From an uncultured Candidatus Rokubacteria bacterium (GTDB taxonomy: Bacteria > Methylomirabilota > Methylomirabilia > Rokubacteriales > CSP1-6), in the NCBI GenBank assembly GCA_963754315.1, contig CAVWFS010000013.1:128001-192000 (forward strand): a DNA stretch of 64,000 bases. Reading direction: 5' to 3'. The translations under genes were made by a program, and so were the position numbers. Position 1 is the stretch's first letter. The number at the start of each line of letters is the position of its first letter. Below are positions 30,625 through 40,656 of the stretch, piece by piece. The notes beneath the pieces were generated by a model that searched no databases, was not told the DNA's origin, and saw only the letters and a list, made by a program, of their open reading frames with translations.

Positions 30625-32139
30625 ATGACCGTCAAGCGACCGACTCCCGCCCAGTTGCACGCCGTGGCCAGGGACCTTGGCATGACGCTCACCGACGAGG
30701 ACGTGGCGTCCTTCCTCACCCTGATGCAGGGCAGCTTCGGCGCCTACGACGCCGTGGATGCCATGCCCGACTACCTCCCGCCCGTCACCTACCCACGCAC
30801 GCCGGGCTACCAGCCAGAGGGCGACGAGAACCCGCACAACGCCTGGTACGTGAAGACCACGGTGAAAGGCGCGCCCACCGGCAAGCTCGCGGGCAAGACC
30901 ATCGCCCTGAAGGACAACATCTGTCTGGCCGGGGTTCCGATGATGAACGGCGCCTCCACGTTGCGCGGCTACGTGCCCGACGTCGATGCCACGATCGTCA
31001 CCCGGATCCTCGACGCCGGCGGCACCATCGTGGGCAAGGTGCATTGCGAGTATTTCTGCTTCTCGGGCGGCAGCCACACCGGCGCTGCCGGCCCCGTGCA
31101 CAACCCTCTCCGGAGAGGCTTCTCGGCCGGCGGCTCCTCGTCCGGCTCGGCCGTGGTGGTGGCCGCGGGCGAGGTCGACATGGCCCTCGGCGGTGATCAG
31201 GGCGGCTCGATCCGCATTCCCGCCTCGTTCTGCGGAATCTACGGCATGAAGCCGACTCACGGGCTGGTGCCCTACACCGGCATCATGCCGATCGAGCTGA
31301 CGCTCGATCACACCGGCCCCATGACACGCACCGTCGCCGACAACGCGCTCCTGCTCGAAGTGATCGCCGGTCCGGATGGGCTCGACCCCCGGCAGTACTC
31401 ACCCCGCACCGCCGACTACTCGCGAGCCCTGGGAGGAGGCGCCCAGGGACTCAAGATCGGCGTGGTCAAGGAAGGCTTCGGTCATCCGCACTCGGAGCGC
31501 GAGGTCGACACGACGGTTCGCAAGGGCGCGGAGCTGTTCGGGAGGCTCGGCGCCACCGTGGAGGAGGTCTCGATCCGCCTGCACCGCGCCGGCCCCGCCA
31601 TCTGGACGCCCATCGCGCTCGAGGGCGCGACCGAGCTGATGATGAAGGGCAACGGCATGGGCACCAACTGGCGCGGTCTGTTCGTGACCAGCCTGCTCGA
31701 TGCCCATGCCGGGTGGCGGCACCGGGCCGACGAGCTGTCCGATACCCTCAAGATCTCGATGCTGCTCGGCCACTACTTCACCAAGCACTACCGCGGACAC
31801 TTCTACGCGAAGGCTCAGAATCTGAGCCGCAAGCTGCGCGCCGCCTATGACACCGAGCTCGCCAAGTACGATCTGCTGCTCATGCCAACCTTGCCCATCA
31901 AGGCCAGCCCCTTGCCTCCCGCCGATGCGCCCCGCGCGCTTTACATCCAGCGCGCCTTCGAGATGATCGAGAACACGGCCCCCTTCGATGCCACCGGTCA
32001 TCCCGCTCTCAGCGTTCCCTGCGGCCTGGTCGACGGGCTCCCCGTCGGGCTGATGCTGATCGGCAAGCACTACGACGAGGCGACCATCTATCGCGCCGCC
32101 CATGCGTTCGAGCGCAGCGGAGACTGGCGGAAAATGTAG
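30625..32139 (+). CDS. Amidase signature family amidase
   Basis: IALKDN, GGSSSGS, GGDQGGSIRIPASFCG, GLPVGLM. Confidence 0.93.
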   Translation: MTVKRPTPAQLHAVARDLGMTLTDEDVASFLTLMQGSFGAYDAVDAMPDYLPPVTYPRTPGYQPEGDENPHNAWYVKTTVKGAPTGKLAGKTIALKDNICLAGVPMMNGASTLRGYVPDVDATIVTRILDAGGTIVGKVHCEYFCFSGGSHTGAAGPVHNPLRRGFSAGGSSSGSAVVVAAGEVDMALGGDQGGSIRIPASFCGIYGMKPTHGLVPYTGIMPIELTLDHTGPMTRTVADNALLLEVIAGPDGLDPRQYSPRTADYSRALGGGAQGLKIGVVKEGFGHPHSEREVDTTVRKGAELFGRLGATVEEVSIRLHRAGPAIWTPIALEGATELMMKGNGMGTNWRGLFVTSLLDAHAGWRHRADELSDTLKISMLLGHYFTKHYRGHFYAKAQNLSRKLRAAYDTELAKYDLLLMPTLPIKASPLPPADAPRALYIQRAFEMIENTAPFDATGHPALSVPCGLVDGLPVGLMLIGKHYDEATIYRAAHAFERSGDWRKM

Positions 32140-32253
32140 GAGTCTCGGCGTTCGATGTGGTTGAGGTGAAAGCGATAGCGATGAGCTACGAACACCTGCA
32201 AAACACCCTCAAGGCGCACGGGGTAACGCTTCCGTGAAGCGTCGGTAAGTTTC

Positions 32254-35200
32254 GTGGCGGCGGAACGGCAGCTGATCTTCGCGCCCTTTCGCCTCGACGT
32301 CACGGACCAGCGTCTGTGGCGGGGTGCCGAGGCCATCCCTCTCACGCCCAAGGTGTTTGCCGTCCTCCACTACCTCGTCCGGCATGCCGGGCGCCTGGTG
32401 ACGAAAGACGAGCTGCTCGACGCCGTCTGGCCGGGTGTTCATGTCAGCGACGCAGTCTTGAAGGTCTGCATCAGCGCGATCCGGCAGGCGCTTGGCGACC
32501 AGGTGCGCGTCCCGCAGTTCGTCGAGACCCGCCACCGACGAGGATACTGCTTCCTCGGCGCGGTCACCGAAGTGGCCAGCGTGCCCTCAGCGGAGAGCGG
32601 GCAGGCCACCTCGTCGGAAGCTGACACCGGAGCCGAGGATCTCGGTCTCTTGACCGGTGGGAGCGCGCCGGTACCGCTCGTCGGACGCGGCGATTCGCTC
32701 AGCCAGTTGCAGGCGTGGTGGCACGACGCATGTTGCGGGCGGCGGCGTGTCGTGTTTCTCACCGGCGAGGCCGGGATCGGGAAAACCGCGCTCGTCGAGG
32801 CATTCGTCCGTCGCCTGGCGAGCGACGGTCGGCTGCCATGGGTCGCCCACGGTCAGTGCGTCGAGCAGTACGGCTCGGGCGAGGCCTATCTGCCCGTCCT
32901 CGAGGCGCTGAGACGTCTCTGCCGCGGAGCGTCGGGCCGGACCTGGGTAGCTGGCCTCCGTCGCTACGCCCCGCTCTGGCTGGCCCAGCTTCCCGGGCTC
33001 CTGGAGCCGGCGGAGCGCGCGGATCTCCAGCGGGAGCTGGCCGGGGCGACGAGCGAGCGAATGCTTCGCGAGATGGCCGAGGCCCTGGAGACGCTGACTG
33101 CGGAGCGGCGTCTCATACTGGTCTTGGAAGACCTCCACTGGAGCGATCACGCGACCCTGGATCTCATCGTCCGGCTGGCCCACCGTCCAGAGGCAGCGCA
33201 GCTGCTCGTGGTGGCTACCTGTCGATCTGTCAAGGCGCTCGTCAACGAGCATCCCCTGCAGCGGGTCAAGGAAGAGCTGGCGATTCACGGCCAGTGCGAA
33301 GAGCTCGTGCTCGGGCCGCTGTCCGAGGAGGCGGTCGCCGAGTATGTGGAAGCGCGGTTTCAGGCCAGCAGCCTTCCGCGCGGCCTGGCGACGGTGCTCC
33401 ACGAGCGCACCGACGGCAATCCACTCTTCATGGTCACCGTGGTCGATGACTGGATCGGACGCGGATTTCTCCAGGAAGAAGACGGCCACTGGACCCTGAC
33501 GGCGGACCTCGAGCAGATAGGAGTCGCCGTGCCGGAGGGGATCCGGCGACTGCTCGATGAGCAGATCGCACAGCTGGAGGCGCCGGCGCAGCAGACTCTG
33601 GAGGCGGCGGCGATCGCTGGGATGAGGTTCTCCGCCGCTGCGGTCGCGGCGGCGCTTGACGAGGACCTCGTCCCTGTCGAGGGCCGTTGCGACGATCTGG
33701 CCCGATGCCAGACCTTTTTGCGGCGGACAGGGGTGGTCGAGTGGCCGGACAGGACGATGGCGGAGGGCTACGAGTTCCGGCACTGGCTCCACCAAAGAGC
33801 CTGGTACGAGCGGGCGGGGCCGGCGCGACGTGTCGAGCTGCACCGGCGGATCGGTGAGCGCATCGAGGCGGCGCACGGTGACAGCTCGCCCGAAGTGGCT
33901 GCGGAGCTGGCGATGCACTTCGATCGCGGGCGCGACATCGGGAAGGCTGTTCGCTATCTGACCCAGGCCGCGCGCACTGCAAGACGTCGTCACGGCACCC
34001 GGGAGCTCGTCAGCCAGGTGCGTCACGCGCTTGCCCTGCTCGAGACGCTCCCCGACTCGACCGAGCGTGCGCGGCAGGAGGCAGAACTGTGGACCATGCT
34101 GGGGGCGACCCTGCTCATGACGCGGGGCTACGGGTCCCCGGACGTAGAGGAGGCCTACGTCCGCGCCCACGCGCTGTGCGACCGGGTCGGGGACAGCTCG
34201 CAGCTCTTTTTCGTTCTCGCCGGACTCAGAGTCAACCATCTCTTTCAGGAGGGGCTCCAGAGCTCCCGCGACCTCGCCGAGAAGCTCCTCGACCTGGCGA
34301 CGCGCTCAGGCGACTCGGGCCAGCTGGCGCTGGCGCATCTGTCCCTCGGGACGACCCTCTACTGGCTCGGCGAGCTTGGCCCCGCCCGAGCGAACATCGA
34401 GCGGGCTGTCGCCTTGAGCGACTCGGCGCGGCTCGGCGAGGTCGCGTACCGCTATCATCAAGAGCCGGGTGTGGTGGGTATCTGCCACCTGGCGTGGATT
34501 CTTTGGGTCCTCGGGTATCCCGACCAGGCGCTCCAGCACGCTTACGACGCGATAGCGCGAGCCGACAGCCTCTCGCACCCGCCGAGCCGTCTGTACGCGC
34601 TGTTCGCGGTCGCCATGCTCCATCGGCTTCGCCGCGAGGCGCCCGCCTGCCAGGGGCGGGCGGAGGCCCTCATCGCCTTCGCAAAGGCGCAGGGATTCGC
34701 CCCCTGGATGGCGTGGGGCACGATTGTGCGCGGCTGGGCACTGGCTGAACAAGGGCACGAGGCCGAGGGGATTGCGCAGCTCGACGAGGGGCTTGCCGCG
34801 CTGCGCGCCACCGGCGCCGAACGCGTGCGGCCGAGTGCTCTGACCTTGATTGGCGAGGTACAGGCTCGGGCCGGTCGAGTCGACGACGCGCGCAATTCGA
34901 TCGAGACAGCGCTTGCTGCTGGTGTCCGAACCGGCGAACGAGTCTTCGAGCCCGAGCGTCACCGCCTGCGAGGTACGCTGATCCTCGGCCAGGTCGAGCG
35001 GGCCAACCGCTCAGAGCAGCCGCAGGCGATCGCCGAAGCGGAAGGCTGCTTTCAGAAGGCGATCGAGGTCGCCCAAGCCCTTGGCGCCCGATCGTGGGAG
35101 CTCCGGGCGGCGACCGATCTCGCCCGGCTCTGGTCCGGTCAGGGTCGAGGCCCGGAGGCCGCGCGGCTGCTCACAGAATGTCGTCGCTGGTTCACCGAGG

Positions 35201-35319
35201 GGCTCGCCACTGCCGACGTGCTGGGCGCCGACCGTTTGCTCGACGAGCTCAGCCACGCGTCGCGGGAGACAAGCGTCCGAAGGCAACCGCCTCGGCGGCC
35301 CAGGCTCGGTCCAACCTAG
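32254..35319 (+). CDS. Winged-helix (OmpR/CadC-type) + AAA ATPase + TPR regulator
   Basis: LVTKDELLDAVWP...RRGY; Walker A GEAGIGKT; Walker B LVLEDLHW; GNPLF; ELRAA...FTEG C-terminus. Confidence 0.88.
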   Translation: MAAERQLIFAPFRLDVTDQRLWRGAEAIPLTPKVFAVLHYLVRHAGRLVTKDELLDAVWPGVHVSDAVLKVCISAIRQALGDQVRVPQFVETRHRRGYCFLGAVTEVASVPSAESGQATSSEADTGAEDLGLLTGGSAPVPLVGRGDSLSQLQAWWHDACCGRRRVVFLTGEAGIGKTALVEAFVRRLASDGRLPWVAHGQCVEQYGSGEAYLPVLEALRRLCRGASGRTWVAGLRRYAPLWLAQLPGLLEPAERADLQRELAGATSERMLREMAEALETLTAERRLILVLEDLHWSDHATLDLIVRLAHRPEAAQLLVVATCRSVKALVNEHPLQRVKEELAIHGQCEELVLGPLSEEAVAEYVEARFQASSLPRGLATVLHERTDGNPLFMVTVVDDWIGRGFLQEEDGHWTLTADLEQIGVAVPEGIRRLLDEQIAQLEAPAQQTLEAAAIAGMRFSAAAVAAALDEDLVPVEGRCDDLARCQTFLRRTGVVEWPDRTMAEGYEFRHWLHQRAWYERAGPARRVELHRRIGERIEAAHGDSSPEVAAELAMHFDRGRDIGKAVRYLTQAARTARRRHGTRELVSQVRHALALLETLPDSTERARQEAELWTMLGATLLMTRGYGSPDVEEAYVRAHALCDRVGDSSQLFFVLAGLRVNHLFQEGLQSSRDLAEKLLDLATRSGDSGQLALAHLSLGTTLYWLGELGPARANIERAVALSDSARLGEVAYRYHQEPGVVGICHLAWILWVLGYPDQALQHAYDAIARADSLSHPPSRLYALFAVAMLHRLRREAPACQGRAEALIAFAKAQGFAPWMAWGTIVRGWALAEQGHEAEGIAQLDEGLAALRATGAERVRPSALTLIGEVQARAGRVDDARNSIETALAAGVRTGERVFEPERHRLRGTLILGQVERANRSEQPQAIAEAEGCFQKAIEVAQALGARSWELRAATDLARLWSGQGRGPEAARLLTECRRWFTEGLATADVLGADRLLDELSHASRETSVRRQPPRRPRLGPT

Positions 35320-35350
35320 GCCCGGATCCGCCGATCACCGGGAAGGTTAA

Positions 35351-35388
35351 TTGACGGAACAATTCAAGGACTGTATAGTTAAACTGTC
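35351..35388 (+). promoter_or_regulatory. sigma70 promoter with overlapping putative MarR operator
   Basis: TTGACG-17-TATAGT; imperfect palindrome ATAGTT-A-AACTGT over the -10/+1 region. Confidence 0.65.
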
Positions 35389-35856
35389 ATGTCCACCGAG
35401 CATGACCTTCACGCGCGCGCCGCGGAGGCTCAGCGGCTCGTTGACCTCCTGAATGCCCTCGGCAGCACGACGTTCCGGCAACTGCTGTGGCAGCGCGCGT
35501 CGGAGCTGGATCTCACCTACGCGCAGTCGCAGGTACTCTTCTACGTTGCCGACCACCCCGCCTGTCACATGGGAGACGTGGCGAAGGCCTTCCGCGTCAC
35601 CTTGCCGGCCGTGACTCACATCATCGACCGGCTCGAGCAAAAGCAACTCGCGGTCCGCGGCGATCACCCGGCCGACCGCCGAGTGTATCTCCTCGAGGTG
35701 ACGCCTCAGGGCAAGGCGCTGGTGGACGAACTGCGCGCCATGCAGCTCCGAAGCGTGGAAGAAGTCTTGACCCGCATGTCGGCGGGAGACCGCGGCCGAG
35801 TCGTCAAGGGCCTCCAGGCCCTCGTGGACGCGGCCGAAGGCTTGGCCAAGCCGTGA
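35389..35856 (+). CDS. MarR family transcriptional regulator
   Basis: LTYAQ, VTHIIDRLE, DRRVYLLEVTPQG. Confidence 0.92.
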   Translation: MSTEHDLHARAAEAQRLVDLLNALGSTTFRQLLWQRASELDLTYAQSQVLFYVADHPACHMGDVAKAFRVTLPAVTHIIDRLEQKQLAVRGDHPADRRVYLLEVTPQGKALVDELRAMQLRSVEEVLTRMSAGDRGRVVKGLQALVDAAEGLAKP

Positions 35857-37133
35857 AACGTATGCTGGGCGCTCTCGGATTCCTCGGCGCGGTGTTGTGC
35901 GCGGCCGGATGCTCGGACCGCCCCGGCAGCGCACAAACGCCTCCGGCACCTGCCCCCGCCGTGCCCGTGGGCGTGGCCACGGCCGAGCGCAAGCCCGTGC
36001 CGGTCACGGTGACCGCGGTCGGCAACGTGCAGGCGTACACGACGGTGAGCGTCAAGGCGCAGATCGCCGGTCAGATCATGCAGGTGCACTTCAAGGAAGG
36101 GAACGAGGTCGCGCGCGGAGATCTACTCTTCACGATCGATCAGCGGCCTCTGCAGGCGTCGGTCCGCCAGATGGAGGCCAATGTGGCCAAGGACCGCGCA
36201 CAGGTCCGCCAGATGGAGGCCTCGGTCGCCCAGAAGCAGGCAGAGGTCACGCAAGCGCTGGCGAACGTCGAGCGCGACCTCGCGCAGCTGGACAACGCGC
36301 GCGTCCAGGAAGAGCGCTATCGCGAGCTCAACCGCCGTGAGCTCATCGCGCGCGAGCAGTACGACCAGATTCGCACGAATTTCTCCGCGCTCCAGGCGAC
36401 CGTCCAGGCGGATCGGGCGGCGGTCGAGAATGCCAAGGCGTCCGCCCGCGCCGCGGAGGCGATGGTGGAAAACGCCCAGGCCGGCATCGCCGCCAACGAG
36501 GCGATGCTGGACACGGCCCGCCTCCAGCTCGCGTACACGACGATCCGCGCCCCCATGGACGGGCGGACCGGCAACCTCCTGGTGCAGCCGGGCAACGTGG
36601 TCAAGGGCAACGACGACTCGCCGCTGGTCGTCATCGCCCAGGTCCGGCCGATCTACGTGTCATTCTCGGTGCCGGAACAGCACCTCAACGACATCAAGCG
36701 CTTCCTGGCGCAGGGCAAGGTGCCGGTCGAGGTCACCCTCGACGGCGGCCGCCGGCGAGCGGTCGGCGTGCTGACCTTCGTGAACAACACCGTCGATCCC
36801 AGCACCGGAACTATCCAGCTCAAGGCGACATTCCCCAACGAGGACAACGCCCTGTGGCCGGGGCAGTTCGTCGACGTCGTGCTCACCCTCACGACGGAGC
36901 AGGCCGTGGTCGTCCCCGCCCAGGCGGTCCAGGCCGGACAGAAGGGTGCGTTCGTCTTCGTGGTCAAACCCGATCTCACCGTCGAGTCGCGCCCGGTCAC
37001 GGTCGGCCGTCGCCTGGGCGGCGAGCTGGTGCTCCAGCAGGGGCTGGTGGGCGGCGAGCGGATCGTGACCGACGGGCACCTCCGCCTGATCCCGGGGGCC
37101 AAGGTCGAGATCAAGGCGCCCAAGACGTCGTGA
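35853..37133 (+). CDS. RND efflux membrane fusion protein (MdtA-like), lipoprotein
   Basis: Lipobox AAGC; V..GDLLFTID, TIRAPMDG, VDPSTGT, LWPGQFV. Confidence 0.92.
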   Translation: MKRMLGALGFLGAVLCAAGCSDRPGSAQTPPAPAPAVPVGVATAERKPVPVTVTAVGNVQAYTTVSVKAQIAGQIMQVHFKEGNEVARGDLLFTIDQRPLQASVRQMEANVAKDRAQVRQMEASVAQKQAEVTQALANVERDLAQLDNARVQEERYRELNRRELIAREQYDQIRTNFSALQATVQADRAAVENAKASARAAEAMVENAQAGIAANEAMLDTARLQLAYTTIRAPMDGRTGNLLVQPGNVVKGNDDSPLVVIAQVRPIYVSFSVPEQHLNDIKRFLAQGKVPVEVTLDGGRRRAVGVLTFVNNTVDPSTGTIQLKATFPNEDNALWPGQFVDVVLTLTTEQAVVVPAQAVQAGQKGAFVFVVKPDLTVESRPVTVGRRLGGELVLQQGLVGGERIVTDGHLRLIPGAKVEIKAPKTS

Positions 37134-40100
37134 ACACCGAGCTCTTCATCCGCCGGCCGGTCCTGACTACCTTGCTCATGGCGGCCATCGTCATCTTCGG
37201 TGTGATGGCCTATCAGAAGCTGCCGGTCAACGACCTCCCCAACGTCGACTTCCCGACGATCCAGGTCATCGCCAACCTGCCCGGGGCCAGCCCCGAGACG
37301 ATGGCTTCGGCGGTGGCCACCCCCCTCGAGCGGCAGTTCTCGACCATTGCCGGCATCGACTCGATGACGTCCACGAGCGCCCTCGGCGTGACGAACATCA
37401 CGATCCAGTTCGTCCTCGAGCGCAACATCGACGCCGCCGGCCAGGACGTGCAGGCGGCCATCGCCAAGACCGCGCCCCTGCTGCCGCCGAGCATGCCGAC
37501 CCCGCCCATCTACCAGAAGGTCAACCCGGCCGACCAGCCCGTTCTCTACATGGCGCTCAGCTCGCCGACCTTGCCCCTCTACACGGTCGACGAGTATGCC
37601 CAGACGTTCCTGGCGCAACGGATCTCGACGATCACCGGCGTCGCCCAGGTGACGATCTTCGGGTCCCAGAAATACGCCGTGCGGGTTCAGGTGGACCCGC
37701 GTGCGCTCGCCGCACGGGGCATCGGTCTCGACGAGGTGGAGGCGGCCATCGCCCGCGCGAACGTCAACAAGCCGACCGGCACGCTCTCCGGGCCCCACCA
37801 GGCAGTCAACGTGCAGGCCACCGGTCAGCTCCTGGACGCCGCCGCCTATCGGCCGCTGATTGTCGCCTACCGTAACGGCTCCCCCGTACGGCTGGAGGAG
37901 GTCGGCAAGGTCATCGACGGCGTGCAAACCGACAAGGTGGCCGGCTGGTTCAACGATGAGCGCGCGGTCGTGCTGGCCGTCCAGCGGCAGCCGGGGACGA
38001 ACACGATCGAGGTCGTCGACGCGATCCGGAAGCTCCTGCCGGTCTTCCGCCAGCAGCTTCCAGCTTCGGTCAACCTGAACGTCGTCTACGACCGGTCGCT
38101 CGCCATCCGGGAGTCGGTCCACGACGTCCAGTTCACCTTGCTGCTGACGATTGCCCTGGTCGTCATGGTGATCTTCCTGTTTCTGCGTAATCTGTCGGCG
38201 ACGATCATCCCCAGCCTCGCTGTCCCGCTGTCGATCGTGGGGACCTTCGCCGTCATGTACGCGTTCGGCTACACCATCGACATCATCTCGCTCATGGCGC
38301 TCACCCTGTGCGTCGGATTCGTGGTCGACGACGCCGTGGTCATGCTCGAGAACATCGTGCGCCACATGGAGGCGGGCGAGGACCGCATGACGGCAGCCCT
38401 CAAGGGCGCCCGCGAGATCGGCTTCACGATCCTGTCGATGACCCTGTCCCTGGCCGCCGTCTTCATCCCGGTGCTCTTCATGCGGGGGGTGGTGGGCCGG
38501 TTGCTCCACGAGTTCGCCGTCACCATCGGCGCCGCCGTCCTCGTGTCAGGCCTGGTGTCGCTGACCTTGACCCCGATGCTGTGCAGCCGGTTCCTGCGCC
38601 CGCCGCACGCGAGCCACAGCCGTCTGTACCGGGTTTCCGAGCGCTTCTTCGACGGAATGCTGCACGTGTACGATGTGACCCTCACGTGGGTGCTCCGCCA
38701 TCGGCGGACGACGATGGTGGCCCTCCTGCTCACCTTCGTCCTCACCGCCTACCTGTTCGCCATCATCCCCAAGGGGTTCATCCCGAACGAGGACAACGGG
38801 ACGATGTTCGCGTTCACGGAGACGGCGCAGGACATCTCGTTCGACGCCATGGTGGAGAAGCAGCGCGCGGTGGCCGCGGTGGTGCGTCAGGACCCCTCCG
38901 TCCAGCAGCTCATGTCGTTCATCGGCGCCAGCGGCTCGAGCACCGTCCTCAACAACGGGCGGATGTTTGCCTTGCTGAAGCCGCGCGACGAGCGGCCGCA
39001 CGCGGAAAAGGTCATCGAAGGGCTGCGGCCCAAGCTGGCCACGGTGCCCGGCATCCGCGTCTATCCCCAGATCCTGCCCACCATCCGCATCGGCGGTCAG
39101 CTGACCAAGGCCGTCTATCAGTACTCACTGCAAGATCCGGACACGCAGGCGCTCTATTACTGGGCGCCGATCATCTACGACAAGCTCCGCCAGCTTCCCG
39201 AGCTGCAGGACGTCAACACGGACCTCCAGCTCTCGAGCCCGCAGGTGACGGTCGAGATCGATCGCAACAAGGCATCCGCCCTCGACGTCACCGTCGACCA
39301 GATCGAGAGCGCGCTGGGAGCGGCCTACGGCTCCAAGCAGGTCTCGACGATCTACACGCCGTCGAACCAGTACTGGGTGATCCTCGAAGTGGATCCCCAG
39401 TTCCAGCGGGACCCGAGCAGCCTCGGCCGACTGTACGTCCGCTCGGCCAAGGGCGCCCTGGTGCCGCTGGGCTCGCTGGCCACCATCACACCCGGCCTGG
39501 GGCCCCTCACGGTGACCCACCGGGGTCAGCTGCCTGCCGTCACCATCTCCTTCAACACGAAACCCGGCGTGTCGCTCAGCGACGCGGTTGCTCAGGTCGA
39601 CCGCGTGCAGCGCGAGCTGCGGGTGCCGGCCACGGTGAGCGGGACCTTTCAGGGCACCGCGCAGGCGTTCCAGGACTCGCTCCAGGGCCAGGGCCTCCTG
39701 CTGCTGGTGACCATTCTGGTGATCTACCTCGTGCTCGGCGTGCTGTACGAGAGCTTCATTCATCCGCTCACGATCCTGTCCGGGCTGCCCTCGGCGGGGG
39801 TGGGCGCCCTGCTGACCCTGATGCTGTTCCGCATGGAGCTGAACATCTACGGCTTCGTGGGCATGATCATGCTGGTGGGGATCGTCAAGAAGAACGCGAT
39901 CATGATGATCGACTTCGCGATCGACGCCCAGCGCAACGGCGCCACCCCGGCCGAGGCGATCTACCAGGGCTGCCTGCTGCGGTTCCGGCCCATCATGATG
40001 ACCACGATGGCCGCGCTGCTGGGCACATTGCCGATCGCCCTCGGCATCGGCGCCGGCGCCGATGCCCGTCGGTCGCTGGGGCTGGCCGTGGTGGGCGGCT

Positions 40101-40270
40101 TGCTCGTCTCGCAGCTCTTGACCCTCTACATCACCCCCGTCCTCTACCTCTATCTGGAGTCGGCGCAAAAGTACCTGGGCGAGCATGCGGTCTCGCGGAT
40201 CTTCTTCTGGCGTTCCCTGCGCGGCTCGCGGGCGCCGGCTGGCCCCGCACGCCGGGCCACCTACCCCTGA
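37130..40270 (+). CDS. RND efflux permease (MdtB/C-like)
   Basis: FIRRPV, VDFPTIQV, GFVVDDAVVMLENI, GIVKKNAIMMID, RFRPIMMTT. Confidence 0.94.
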   Translation: MNTELFIRRPVLTTLLMAAIVIFGVMAYQKLPVNDLPNVDFPTIQVIANLPGASPETMASAVATPLERQFSTIAGIDSMTSTSALGVTNITIQFVLERNIDAAGQDVQAAIAKTAPLLPPSMPTPPIYQKVNPADQPVLYMALSSPTLPLYTVDEYAQTFLAQRISTITGVAQVTIFGSQKYAVRVQVDPRALAARGIGLDEVEAAIARANVNKPTGTLSGPHQAVNVQATGQLLDAAAYRPLIVAYRNGSPVRLEEVGKVIDGVQTDKVAGWFNDERAVVLAVQRQPGTNTIEVVDAIRKLLPVFRQQLPASVNLNVVYDRSLAIRESVHDVQFTLLLTIALVVMVIFLFLRNLSATIIPSLAVPLSIVGTFAVMYAFGYTIDIISLMALTLCVGFVVDDAVVMLENIVRHMEAGEDRMTAALKGAREIGFTILSMTLSLAAVFIPVLFMRGVVGRLLHEFAVTIGAAVLVSGLVSLTLTPMLCSRFLRPPHASHSRLYRVSERFFDGMLHVYDVTLTWVLRHRRTTMVALLLTFVLTAYLFAIIPKGFIPNEDNGTMFAFTETAQDISFDAMVEKQRAVAAVVRQDPSVQQLMSFIGASGSSTVLNNGRMFALLKPRDERPHAEKVIEGLRPKLATVPGIRVYPQILPTIRIGGQLTKAVYQYSLQDPDTQALYYWAPIIYDKLRQLPELQDVNTDLQLSSPQVTVEIDRNKASALDVTVDQIESALGAAYGSKQVSTIYTPSNQYWVILEVDPQFQRDPSSLGRLYVRSAKGALVPLGSLATITPGLGPLTVTHRGQLPAVTISFNTKPGVSLSDAVAQVDRVQRELRVPATVSGTFQGTAQAFQDSLQGQGLLLLVTILVIYLVLGVLYESFIHPLTILSGLPSAGVGALLTLMLFRMELNIYGFVGMIMLVGIVKKNAIMMIDFAIDAQRNGATPAEAIYQGCLLRFRPIMMTTMAALLGTLPIALGIGAGADARRSLGLAVVGGLLVSQLLTLYITPVLYLYLESAQKYLGEHAVSRIFFWRSLRGSRAPAGPARRATYP

Positions 40271-40329
40271 GCCACCGACAACGCCCACGTGGGCTGGCCG
40301 CTCCTCCTGAGGCGACCGAGGCGCCTGGA

Positions 40330-40656
40330 CTAGTCGGCGACGCGGAGGCGGAAGGTCGGATCGTTCTCGGTCCCGCCGGGTTTGCCCCGCCGCCAGCCGA
40401 GCGCGCGCGCGTAGCTCCCGAACAATCCGGCGGCTTCGATCTCGGCCTCGTTCACCGCCGTCGGAGCTTCGGCATCGGGGGCGACATAGAGCGCGTCGGT
40501 CGGGCAGTAGATCTCACAGAGAAAACAGGTCTGGCAGTCGGCCTGGCGGGCGATGACCGGCACCGCGTCCGGGATGGCCTCGAAGACGTTGGCGGGACAG
40601 ACCTTGACGCAGATGTCGCAGGCGATGCAGCGGCCCGCTGAAATGATCTCGATCAT
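40330..40656 (-). CDS. 2x[4Fe-4S] ferredoxin
   Basis: CIACDICVKVCP and CQTCFLCEIYCP. Confidence 0.92.
   Translation of the reverse strand: MIEIISAGRCIACDICVKVCPANVFEAIPDAVPVIARQADCQTCFLCEIYCPTDALYVAPDAEAPTAVNEAEIEAAGLFGSYARALGWRRGKPGGTENDPTFRLRVAD

Noticed and set aside
36653..40641. Long antisense/alternative-frame ORFs over the RND genes (and similar ones elsewhere)
   Set aside because: Expected shadow ORFs in high-GC coding DNA, with no family motifs
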